Of a stretch of 40,124 nt of DNA, positions 8,238 through 16,196 are shown in pieces. Under the pieces are notes generated by a model. That model ran no database searches. It saw nothing but the letters and a program-made list of their open reading frames with translations, and had not been told where the DNA came from. The stretch is from an uncultured Pseudomonadales bacterium (GTDB lineage Bacteria; Patescibacteriota; Microgenomatia; UBA1400; PJMF01): contig CAYQLH010000003.1 of the NCBI GenBank assembly GCA_964418385.1, positions 4,164 to 44,287 on the forward strand. The letters run 5' to 3'. Position 1 is the stretch's first letter; each line of letters starts with the position of its first letter. Made by a program: the position numbers and the translations under genes.

Positions 8238-10571
8238 ATGCAGGAGTACTGGTATGGTGATTTAGTGCAACTAGGCGGGTGGATATTTTTGGGATTGGGA
8301 TATTTTTTGGCGTTGGTGGTGGTGGGTTATCTGGGTTATCACTGGTGGCGCAATCGTCATCGGTTGCAGATTTCTGCCAATAGCGAAACGCTTTTGATCC
8401 GTTTGCCCAAGGATAACGAGGTGACAATCGAGGCGGCGGAGCAAATGTTTGACTCGATTCACGCTTTGAAATTGACGGAATGGGAAGCTTTTTGGCAGCA
8501 ACCGCCAGCGTTTACAATTGAAGTGGTGGCAAAAAAGGAAGATATTGCGTTTTACGTGAATCTGCCGCGAGATTTGCGCGATTTGATTGAAAAAAACATT
8601 CACGCCGCTTATCCTGAGGCGGATATTACACCAGTGGTTAGCCCGAATATCTGGACCAAAAACGGGCATACGGCTTTTACCAAGCTGCGAGCCAAGGACG
8701 ACCGCGTTCCGATTAAAACTTATAAAGATTTGGCGAATGATGCTTTGCAAGGTTTGACTTCAGCTCTTTCGAAAATGAACACCGACGAAGGGGCGATCGT
8801 GCAATTTGTGATCCAGCCGGTGGGCGATCGTTTTCGGGAACGGATTTTGAAACAAATTGAGCGGCGACGGCAAGAAAAAAGCGGTGAGCAAACGGTGACA
8901 GTTTCGGAAACCGAGTCCAAGCAGATGCAAGAGATGGAAAAAAAGGTGGAAAAGCCGTTGTTTAAGTCGATTATTCGGATTTGTGTCAATAGCCCCGAAA
9001 AAACGGCGGCGGAGTCACATTTGAAAAACATTGTGGCGAGCTTCGCTCAGTTTGACACACCTTTTGGCGGCTTGGAACGTGGGAGCGTGGGTCCCAAAAA
9101 ACGTTTTATGAAGGATTTTGTGTATCGCTACCCGGCGTTTTTTGGCGAGCGTTCAATGCTGACTTTCAACGCTGAAGAGCTGGCGTCGATGATTCATTTC
9201 CCCAATAAGCAAGTGGAGACGCATCACTTGCGGTTTTTATATGCCAAAAATGCGCCGGCGCCGCGCGAAATTCCAGATGAAGGGCTTTTTTTGGGGAAGT
9301 CGATTTATCGGGGGGATGTGCGTCATATTTACATGGCGCTGCCAGATAGACGCCGTCACATGTACATCGTGGGAAAGACTGGCGTGGGTAAATCTGAGTT
9401 CTTGAAAGAAATGATGTTGCAAGACATCGAAAATGGCTATGGTGTGTGCGCGATCGATCCGCACGGAGAGTTTGTGGAGGATATTTTACAGATGATCCCG
9501 CCGGAGCGGGCAGAAGATGTGATTTACTTTAATCCGTCAGATCTGGCACGACCTTTGGGCATGAATATCATGGAAGCGGATACCGAGGAACAGCGCCAAT
9601 TTGTGGTTGGTAGTGTGATTGGCTTGATGTACAAGCTGTATGATCCGCATCACCAGGGTATTATCGGACCGCGTTTTGAACACGCAATTCGCAACGTGAT
9701 GTTGACGATCATGTATCGCGAGGGCGCGACTTTTATCGAGTTGGTGCGGGCAATTACCGACCAAAAGTTTGTGGAAGATATTTTGCCCCAGATAGAGGAC
9801 CCAATGGTGCGGCGCTATTGGACAGACCAGATGGCGCAGACTTCGGATTTTCACAAATCAGAAGTTTTGGATTACATTGTTTCCAAGTTTGGGCGGTTTG
9901 TGACCAATAAAACGATGCGCAATATTATCGGTCAGCCAGTGTCGGCGTTTAATTTCCGCCGGGCGATGGATGAGAAAAAAATCATTTTGTGCAATTTATC
10001 CAAGGGTATTTTGGGTGAGGAAGACGCCAAGTTTTTGGGGTTGATTTTGGTACCAAAGGTGCTAACGGCGGCGATGAGTCGGCAAGATGTGCCGATGGAC
10101 CAGCGTGAAGACTTTTTCTTGTACGTGGACGAGTTTCAAAACTACGCTACTGAGGACTTCGCGACAATATTGTCTGAAGCCCGGAAGTACCGTCTTAATT
10201 TGATCGTGGCCAATCAGTACATTGCCCAGATAGACGAAGATATTCGCAATGCTGTTTTTGGCAACGTGGGGACGATTATTAGTTATCGGGTGGGTGTCAA
10301 TGACGCGCAATATCTGGAACACGAGTTTGCGCCGGTTTTTAACGAAACGGACTTGACGAATATTGAAAAATATCACGTTTACGTCAAGACAATTGTCAAT
10401 AATGAACCGGTGATGCCCTTTTCGATGTCGTTGGAGAAAGATATGGCGGCGGTACAAGCGAAAATGAATCCACAATTGGCGGAAGCGATCAAACAGTTGT
10501 CACGGCTAAAATACGGGCGTGATCGTGATGAGATTGAGGTCGAAATGAATGAGAGGGCTAAATTATTATAG
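8238..10571 (+). CDS. Membrane-anchored TraD/VirD4/TrwB- or HerA-like (FtsK-HerA superfamily) ATPase
   Basis: N-terminal TM helix; RRRHMYIVGKTGVGKS (Walker A); IDPHGE; LYVDEFQ (Walker B); LSEARKY; ANQYIAQ; FGNVGT. Confidence 0.85.
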   Translation: MQEYWYGDLVQLGGWIFLGLGYFLALVVVGYLGYHWWRNRHRLQISANSETLLIRLPKDNEVTIEAAEQMFDSIHALKLTEWEAFWQQPPAFTIEVVAKKEDIAFYVNLPRDLRDLIEKNIHAAYPEADITPVVSPNIWTKNGHTAFTKLRAKDDRVPIKTYKDLANDALQGLTSALSKMNTDEGAIVQFVIQPVGDRFRERILKQIERRRQEKSGEQTVTVSETESKQMQEMEKKVEKPLFKSIIRICVNSPEKTAAESHLKNIVASFAQFDTPFGGLERGSVGPKKRFMKDFVYRYPAFFGERSMLTFNAEELASMIHFPNKQVETHHLRFLYAKNAPAPREIPDEGLFLGKSIYRGDVRHIYMALPDRRRHMYIVGKTGVGKSEFLKEMMLQDIENGYGVCAIDPHGEFVEDILQMIPPERAEDVIYFNPSDLARPLGMNIMEADTEEQRQFVVGSVIGLMYKLYDPHHQGIIGPRFEHAIRNVMLTIMYREGATFIELVRAITDQKFVEDILPQIEDPMVRRYWTDQMAQTSDFHKSEVLDYIVSKFGRFVTNKTMRNIIGQPVSAFNFRRAMDEKKIILCNLSKGILGEEDAKFLGLILVPKVLTAAMSRQDVPMDQREDFFLYVDEFQNYATEDFATILSEARKYRLNLIVANQYIAQIDEDIRNAVFGNVGTIISYRVGVNDAQYLEHEFAPVFNETDLTNIEKYHVYVKTIVNNEPVMPFSMSLEKDMAAVQAKMNPQLAEAIKQLSRLKYGRDRDEIEVEMNERAKLL

Positions 10572-10593
10572 GACTTTAACCTTTGGAGGCAAT

Positions 10594-11589
10594 ATGGAAA
10601 ACGAACAATTTTTTATATCAAAAGTAGTAATTTTAAATGGTGCAGCGGGTTTTATTGGTTCTCATTTAACCGATAAATTGCTGCAGGCAGGTGCGCGGGT
10701 AATTGGGATTGACAATTTGATTACTGGCAAGCGCGCAAACCTGGCTGAAGCCGAAAAAAATACGAATTTTGCTTTCGTGCAGCACGATTTAAACGATGCT
10801 GCGGGGACAGTGGCGCTTTTGGGGCAAATTCAAGCGCAATATGGTGCTATTGATCTGGTTTTTCAGCTGGCGTCACCGGCGTCACCGCGTGGTTATCAGC
10901 AACATCCGGTGGAGACCTATTTGGTCAATTCTTACGCTTTACATATCATTTGCCAGTGGTTGCGCGATCACAGTCCCCAGACGAGGTTACTTTTTTCTAG
11001 CACCAGCGAGGCTTACGGCAATCCGGAGGTACATCCGCAAGTGGAGACTTATTGGGGTAATGTCAACCCCAACGGTCCGCGTAGTTGCTATGATGAGTCA
11101 AAACGTTTGGGTGAGGCCATTTGTGGAATTTTTTACCGCAATTTTGGATTAAATACGCGAATTATCCGTATTTTTAATACCTACGGACCACGCATGGATT
11201 TAGAAGACGGACGGGTGTTGCCCCAGTTTGTGCGCCAGATCAAAAACGGTGAACCGCTGACTGTTTATGGCGATGGCTTGCAAACACGCTCATATTGTTT
11301 TGTGGATGATCTGGTGGAGGGAATTTGCCGCTTTATGGCGAGCCAACACGCCGGTGAGACGGTGAATCTGGGTAATCCTGGTGAGTATACTGTGTTGGAG
11401 ACGGCACGCATCGCCAATGCCGTGGCTGGCCGTGATCCAGAAATGCTGGAATATCGGGAATTACCGGTAGACGATCCGTTGCGGCGGCAACCGAATATTG
11501 ATAAAGCAAGGCAGCTTTTTGGCTGGCAGCCGCAGATTAGTTTTGATGAAGGGATTCGACGGATGTTTGCGTCTTATGGGATCTTGTGA
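10594..11589 (+). CDS. UDP-glucuronate decarboxylase (UDP-xylose synthase)-like SDR
   Basis: GAAGFIGS, LASPASP, STSEAYG, YWGNVNPNGPRSCYDESKR, RIFNTYGPRM, QTRSYCFVDD. SD GGAGG at 10585 supports the 10594 start. Confidence 0.9.
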   Translation: MENEQFFISKVVILNGAAGFIGSHLTDKLLQAGARVIGIDNLITGKRANLAEAEKNTNFAFVQHDLNDAAGTVALLGQIQAQYGAIDLVFQLASPASPRGYQQHPVETYLVNSYALHIICQWLRDHSPQTRLLFSSTSEAYGNPEVHPQVETYWGNVNPNGPRSCYDESKRLGEAICGIFYRNFGLNTRIIRIFNTYGPRMDLEDGRVLPQFVRQIKNGEPLTVYGDGLQTRSYCFVDDLVEGICRFMASQHAGETVNLGNPGEYTVLETARIANAVAGRDPEMLEYRELPVDDPLRRQPNIDKARQLFGWQPQISFDEGIRRMFASYGIL

Positions 11590-11595
11590 TAAAAT
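11567..11595 (+). promoter_or_regulatory. Putative ldh promoter overlapping the upstream stop codon
   Basis: TTGCGT-17 nt-TAAAAT with an extended TG. Confidence 0.55.
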
Positions 11596-11619
11596 GAAGG
11601 CAGGAACAGAAAGGTTTTT

Positions 11620-12570
11620 ATGGCTATGGATGATAAGTGCAATGTCACGATTGTAGGTGCTGGTAAAGTGGGCATGACGGCGGCGTATGCGCTGCTTTTG
11701 GCAGGATTTTGCCATAAAATTACCCTTTTTGGGCGCCATAAAGAAAAACTGGTGGGTGAAAAGTTGGATCTGGAACACGCCATGGCTTTGAGTGCACAAA
11801 CGCAAATTGCCATTAGCGACGATTATAATGACTTGACAGATACGGATGTTTTTGTTTTTTGCGCGGGCGCAGCGCAAAATCCAGGCGATACACGGCTGGA
11901 TTTGGCAGAGAAAAACCTGGCGATTGTTGACTCGATGGTGCCTGGTCTCATGAAAGCAGCGCCAGAGGCAGTTTTGCTGATGGTGGCCAACCCATGCGAC
12001 TTGATGACTTACAGGGCGCGAGTGCTAGTGCCAGAGGCGCGACCAGGGCAGATTTTTGGGAGTGGAACGCTTTTGGATACGGCGCGTTTCCGGTTGCATT
12101 TGAGCGAGGTATTGCCGGTGAATGCACGTTCTATCCATGCTTATGTGCTAGGCGAGCATGGTGATCATTCTTTCCCGGTGATTTCCAGTGCCACGATTGG
12201 TGGGCAAAAATTGACGTCTTTCCCGGGTTTTTCGTCGGAGATGGCAGCACAAGCATATCAGCTGGCACGAGATGCCGCCTATGCGATTATTAACTCTAAA
12301 GGGGCGACATATTATGGGATTGGTGCGAGTATTACTAAAATTGTGAAAACGGTTTGGCAGGATACGCGGACGATTTTGCCGGTGAGCGTGACTCTGGAAA
12401 ATGTCGGTTCAGTGCCTGCAATGAATTCGTCAATGCCGTGTGTAGTAGGTCGCGCAGGCGTGTTGCAGCAGGTGTGGCCAGATATGGACGAGCACGAACA
12501 GCAACTGTTGGCTGATGGCGTGGTAGCTTTGAATCAAGTTTATACGGAAGTGATGGCAAAAAAGCAATAG
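11620..12570 (+). CDS. ldh: L-lactate dehydrogenase
   Basis: VGAGKVG; AGAAQNPGDTRLDL (Gln at the specificity position points to LDH rather than MDH); ANPCD; GSGTLLDTARFR; GEHGD; KGATYYGIG. Confidence 0.92.
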   Translation: MAMDDKCNVTIVGAGKVGMTAAYALLLAGFCHKITLFGRHKEKLVGEKLDLEHAMALSAQTQIAISDDYNDLTDTDVFVFCAGAAQNPGDTRLDLAEKNLAIVDSMVPGLMKAAPEAVLLMVANPCDLMTYRARVLVPEARPGQIFGSGTLLDTARFRLHLSEVLPVNARSIHAYVLGEHGDHSFPVISSATIGGQKLTSFPGFSSEMAAQAYQLARDAAYAIINSKGATYYGIGASITKIVKTVWQDTRTILPVSVTLENVGSVPAMNSSMPCVVGRAGVLQQVWPDMDEHEQQLLADGVVALNQVYTEVMAKKQ

Positions 12571-12591
12571 TTTGAGGTAGAAAATTACTCC

Positions 12592-12621
12592 AAAGCCCCT
12601 ACCCTATCTGGTAGGGGTTTT
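12592..12621 (+). terminator. Intrinsic terminator after ldh
   Basis: Stem CCCCTACC (12596-12603) / GGTAGGGG (12610-12617) followed by TTTT. Confidence 0.75.
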
Positions 12622-12633
12622 AGCGTTTGGGAC

Positions 12634-12662
12634 TTGACAAAATTGACTTATTGTGATATAAT
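12634..12662 (+). promoter_or_regulatory. Consensus sigma70 promoter
   Basis: TTGACA-17 nt-TATAAT with an extended TG; ATG 8 nt downstream at 12671. Confidence 0.85.
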
Positions 12663-12670
12663 AACATATT

Positions 12671-13063
12671 ATGATATCGAAAAAGAGAGACATTTTTACA
12701 TATATAACCAGCGTGATTGGCGTCGTTTGGCTGGGTTTGCAGCTTTTGGGTGGCACTCAGGCGTCGACTGCACAAGCGCGGGAAGATGTACCGCAAAAAA
12801 TAGAAGTGATGCAGGTGGCTGGTTTTGGTCCGGTGATTTTGCCGAGCGAAAGTGTGCATGATGGTCAGATCTGGGTGGTGGAAGATAATCGGGTGACGTC
12901 ACAGGCAGTGAAGGCGCAGGACTGGCGTGAATCTTACGTCCGGGTGGATGGTTTGACTGACAAAACGCTCGTGGTTTTGGATAATAATCTGAAAATTGGT
13001 CAGCTGGTGGATTACCGGGTGATTAATCCAGAAGCCGGTCAGAGCGGCATGATGGAAATTTAA
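12671..13063 (+). CDS. Small exported or membrane-anchored protein resembling the C-terminal domain of efflux periplasmic adaptor (MFP) proteins
   Basis: N-terminal hydrophobic signal/anchor, then VILPSESV..GQIWVVEDNRV..VK..YVRVDGL..TLVVL. Has its own promoter and a downstream hairpin. The domain call is by eye only. Confidence 0.65.
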   Translation: MISKKRDIFTYITSVIGVVWLGLQLLGGTQASTAQAREDVPQKIEVMQVAGFGPVILPSESVHDGQIWVVEDNRVTSQAVKAQDWRESYVRVDGLTDKTLVVLDNNLKIGQLVDYRVINPEAGQSGMMEI

Positions 13064-13079
13064 TTGAGTTTAATTTAGG

Positions 13080-13120
13080 AGCACTCCTCCCCCGTCTGGA
13101 TGTGGTTGAGGGGTGTTTTT
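13080..13120 (+). terminator. Possible terminator
   Basis: AGCACTCCTC...GAGGGGTGTT stem with G-U pairs and a long loop, followed by a T run. Confidence 0.45.
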
Positions 13121-13154
13121 GGTATAGATTGGTAGCAAAAATAGCCACAAAATG

Positions 13155-13163
13155 TGGTATAAT
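13155..13163 (+). promoter_or_regulatory. Extended -10 promoter for the rpmF-nusB-ACP-like-rnc operon
   Basis: TGGTATAAT 57 nt upstream of the rpmF ATG. Confidence 0.65.
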
Positions 13164-13220
13164 ATGTGCTGTTTACACGGGCAGCCGTGGAACTCGAGGT
13201 GAAAAAAACAGAAAGCAAAT

Positions 13221-13475
13221 ATGACACCACTGCCAAAAAATAAGATTACTCGCGCGGAGCGAGGTAAAAGACGCCAGGGGAACACTCCCAAGTTGACGAA
13301 AAACACTAAAGTGGCGAAAGTCCCGTTGCACAAGGATAAAATGGTTCAAAAGATCCGTTTGGTGATGAAACCACGTCCGAGTGTAGATGAAGGCGATGCC
13401 AAGAAGCAACTGGCGGCGAAGATGGCAACGAAAAAGGCAAAAAAGCTGAAAACAGCGAGCAAGGACAGCAAGTAA
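13221..13475 (+). CDS. rpmF: 50S ribosomal protein L32 (cysteine-free, Lys-rich C-terminal extension)
   Basis: MTPLPKNKITRAERGKRR matches the L32 N-terminus (PKxKxSxxRxxxRR); position before nusB and rnc fits. Confidence 0.75.
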   Translation: MTPLPKNKITRAERGKRRQGNTPKLTKNTKVAKVPLHKDKMVQKIRLVMKPRPSVDEGDAKKQLAAKMATKKAKKLKTASKDSK

Positions 13476-13490
13476 GACGAAGCGGAGCCT

Positions 13491-14072
13491 ATGCTGTATA
13501 ATTCGTCGGAAGAAGATCGCCAGGAAACTATTATCGAGGACGATCCGGAATTGAACAAGATTAAAGACGATAGCCGTCACCATGAACGGATGGCGCTTTT
13601 GCAAGCGCTGTATATGGATGAGTTTGGTGAACAAAGCTGGAATGATCTGGATTTGATCGAGTGCGATCAAGAATTTTTGGCGCAAATGAGAGCTCACAAA
13701 GCTGAGTATGACGCCACGATTCAAGCAGTGGCAACCGAACGACCAGTGCACGATCTGGCGAAAATTGATTTGGCGATTTTACGCTTGATCTTGCACGAGC
13801 GCGCCACCAAACAGACACCGGTGAAAGTGTTGATTGATGAAGGGGTGGAACTGGCTAAAGATTTTGGCGCAGAGAATGCGTATGCTTTTGTGAATGCGGT
13901 TTTGGAAAAAATCTTGATGCCAGCAGAAAAACAAACTGATGGAGATGAAGAAAATAGTGATAAATCGCATCAAAATGGTGAAAACATAGACAAAAATTCA
14001 TCAAAAGCGAAAAAAACAGAAGAAAATACGAAAAATAGCACAAAACAGACCGAGACGCCTGTGGAAAAGTGA
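13491..14072 (+). CDS. nusB: Transcription antitermination factor NusB with terminal extensions
   Basis: RHHERMALLQALY, IDLAILRL, PVKVLIDEGVELAKDFG, FVNAVL. Confidence 0.92.
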   Translation: MLYNSSEEDRQETIIEDDPELNKIKDDSRHHERMALLQALYMDEFGEQSWNDLDLIECDQEFLAQMRAHKAEYDATIQAVATERPVHDLAKIDLAILRLILHERATKQTPVKVLIDEGVELAKDFGAENAYAFVNAVLEKILMPAEKQTDGDEENSDKSHQNGENIDKNSSKAKKTEENTKNSTKQTETPVEK

Positions 14073-14078
14073 GGTCAT

Positions 14079-14384
14079 ATGCCAGAGATTGAACGAGTAC
14101 CTGAATCAAAAGAATACGAAGCCGAGCGCGCTCAGCTTTTGAGTGAGTTGCGGGTCATGCTGAGCGAATCAACGGGTAACCGTTTGGAAGATATTACCGA
14201 ATCATCGGCACTTTATGGTGATTTAAACTTGACTGATTACGATTTGAAGCGGATTATTTATGAGCTGGCGGCCAAGTTTGAAGTGGATGCCGACTCGATG
14301 TACGAAACAGCACGCGAAGATGGTGAGGGTCAAACAGTGGGCGATTTGTTGGATATTATCATGGAGGAAAAGGATTTAGGTTAA
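14079..14384 (+). CDS. Acyl-carrier-protein-fold protein lacking the phosphopantetheine serine
   Basis: Gapless by-eye alignment to ACP (EDITESSALYGDLNLTDYDL...LAAKF vs [20 protein letters not shown]...LEEEF) and a C-terminal TVGDLLDII. Sits at the usual acpP position just before rnc. Confidence 0.7.
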   Translation: MPEIERVPESKEYEAERAQLLSELRVMLSESTGNRLEDITESSALYGDLNLTDYDLKRIIYELAAKFEVDADSMYETAREDGEGQTVGDLLDIIMEEKDLG

Positions 14385-15310
14385 TGCAGATCCCCGATTT
14401 CAAAGATAAATTGCTGCTTTTGACTGCTTTAACTCACCGGAGTGCAATCAACGAACACGCGACGGCAGCACGCGAATCCAATGAGCGTTTGGAATATCTG
14501 GGAGATGCAGTTTTGGAGCTAGTGACGACGGATTTTTTGTATCGGCAGCTGCCAGATGCGCCTGAAGGCAAACTGACGGCGATTCGTTCGAGTTTGGTGA
14601 AAACAACGACTTTGAGTGATGTGGCGCGTTCACTTGGTTTGGGCGAAATGCTGTATTTGAGTCGTGGGGAGGAAGAAAACGGAGGTCGGGACAGTGACGC
14701 TCTTTTGGCGGATGCGATGGAGGCAGTTTTTGGGGCGATTTATTTGGATGGCGGTTTTGAAAAAGCCCAGCAATTTATTAATGAGGTCATTTTTAGCCAT
14801 TTTGAAGCGATTATGGAGCAACGATCATACAAGGACGCGAAAAGCTTGTTGCAAGAACTGGTGCAAGCCTTTGGTTATGACGCTCCAGATTATAAAGTTT
14901 TGCATGAGGTCGGTCCGGACCACGATAAATTTTTTACGGTGCGAGTGGCGATTGGACCTTATGTGATCGCGGAAGGGACGGCAAAAAGCAAGCAGCAAGC
15001 GCAGCAAGAAGCGGCGGAGATTGCTTTGGAACTTTTGGAAAACGACGAATTGGTGAGTAAAATTACAGCGGCGGTGGCTGATTACAAGGCTGGCAAGTTG
15101 CAACAGGCGTCTGATGAGACCTGGTTACAAAAAGATTTGGATTGGCATCAGCCTTGGCAGCGTCGAGACGAAAACTGGAGCACGAGTGACAAGTCAGCAG
15201 CGTTTGCTGGGGTTGCCGGCGTGGCGAAGGATAGCAATCCTGGCGTAAATGAGACAAAAGAGATCGAAAACGGGAAATTGCCTGCACAAACATTGCGAAA
15301 TGTGGTATAA
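14384..15310 (+). CDS. rnc: Ribonuclease III with a C-terminal extension
   Basis: ALTHRS, NERLEYLGDAVLEL signature, ADAMEAVFGAIYLDGG, dsRBD DAKSLLQE...GPDHDKFF...SKQQAQQEAA. Confidence 0.97.
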   Translation: MQIPDFKDKLLLLTALTHRSAINEHATAARESNERLEYLGDAVLELVTTDFLYRQLPDAPEGKLTAIRSSLVKTTTLSDVARSLGLGEMLYLSRGEEENGGRDSDALLADAMEAVFGAIYLDGGFEKAQQFINEVIFSHFEAIMEQRSYKDAKSLLQELVQAFGYDAPDYKVLHEVGPDHDKFFTVRVAIGPYVIAEGTAKSKQQAQQEAAEIALELLENDELVSKITAAVADYKAGKLQQASDETWLQKDLDWHQPWQRRDENWSTSDKSAAFAGVAGVAKDSNPGVNETKEIENGKLPAQTLRNVV

Positions 15311-15311
15311 T
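15303..15311 (+). promoter_or_regulatory. Extended -10 promoter for rpsP-khpA, overlapping the rnc stop codon
   Basis: TGGTATAAT; its TAA is the rnc stop codon. Confidence 0.6.
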
Positions 15312-15341
15312 AGGGAATCTTAACTAGAAAAAAAGGGAAAA

Positions 15342-15734
15342 ATGCTAAAAATCAAATTGACAAGACTAGGCAAGAAAAAAGAACCACGTTATCGGATTGT
15401 CGTGAATGAGCGTCGCGATAAACGCGATGGCAGTTATTTGGCGAGTTTGGGTTATTATCACCCGGCGGAGCAGCCAAAAGCGCTCAAACTTGACTTGAAA
15501 GAGTATGACGCTTGGGTTGCCAAGGGCGCTCAGCCAACGGCGACGGTAGCGTTTTTGCATGAAATTGCTGTCAATGGGGGTAAGTTTCCGGAGAAGAAAC
15601 CTGCGCTGAGTCGAAAGGCGAAAGCGAAGAAAGAAGCGGCAGCAGCTGAAAAAGCAACGGTGGAGGCACCAAAACAAGAAGAAACCAAGTCAGAAGCGCC
15701 TGCGGAATCGGCTCCAGCCGAGAGCGGAAAGTAA
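15342..15734 (+). CDS. rpsP: 30S ribosomal protein S16 with an Ala/Glu/Lys-rich tail
   Basis: MLKIKLTRLGKKKEPRYRIVV...RDG...LGYYHP...GAQPT. Confidence 0.96.
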   Translation: MLKIKLTRLGKKKEPRYRIVVNERRDKRDGSYLASLGYYHPAEQPKALKLDLKEYDAWVAKGAQPTATVAFLHEIAVNGGKFPEKKPALSRKAKAKKEAAAAEKATVEAPKQEETKSEAPAESAPAESGK

Positions 15735-15800
15735 TTATTTAACCAAGCTAACTTGGTTGGTAGCGCTTGCTAGCCAGGGAAGCCAGAAAAGGAAGTAGAC

Positions 15801-16133
15801 ATGAAGGAACTCATTGAATACATTTTGAAGAGTTTGGTCAACTACCCAGATGAAGTGAAGGTAGACGAACAAACTTTGCCAGATGGTTTGACCATCTATT
15901 CGATTTCTGCCAATCAAGAGGATTACGGTCGGATTATCGGTCGCCAGGGTAACTTGATCCAGTCCATTCGGACAATCGTGAAAGCACGTGCGATCAAACA
16001 ACATCAACGCGTTTTGGTGCGCGTGATGACCGAAGATGTGCGCAATGATGTAGCGCCTCAGCAGACGGCAGAAAAGACGGAAACGGTGGAAGACGTAGTG
16101 CAAGAGGAAGCTTTGGACGATAATCTTGTTTAA
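15801..16133 (+). CDS. khpA: KH-domain RNA-binding protein (KhpA/YlqC family)
   Basis: MKELIEYILKSLV.YPDEV, DYGRIIGRQG (GxxG loop); canonical position after rpsP. Confidence 0.88.
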   Translation: MKELIEYILKSLVNYPDEVKVDEQTLPDGLTIYSISANQEDYGRIIGRQGNLIQSIRTIVKARAIKQHQRVLVRVMTEDVRNDVAPQQTAEKTETVEDVVQEEALDDNLV

Positions 16134-16153
16134 AATTGTTATAGAAACGTATG

Positions 16154-16177
16154 AAAATCGCCCTGCAGGGCGATTTT
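16154..16177. terminator. Bidirectional intrinsic terminator (perfect 24-bp palindrome)
   Basis: AAAATCGCCCTGCAGGGCGATTTT between the convergent khpA and pilO genes. Confidence 0.85.
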
Positions 16178-16196
16178 TGGTGCTTTAAGAATGAGA

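Noticed and set aside
8238-10571. Integrative conjugative element or plasmid insertion
   Set aside because: No integrase, relaxase, VirB genes, att repeats or compositional shift; the flanks are housekeeping genes.
15741-15785. Hairpins between rpsP and khpA (AACCAAG-CTAA-CTTGGTT) as an ncRNA or terminator
   Set aside because: Short stem with no U-tract and no recognisable RNA family; at most an mRNA processing or stability element that cannot be supported from sequence alone.
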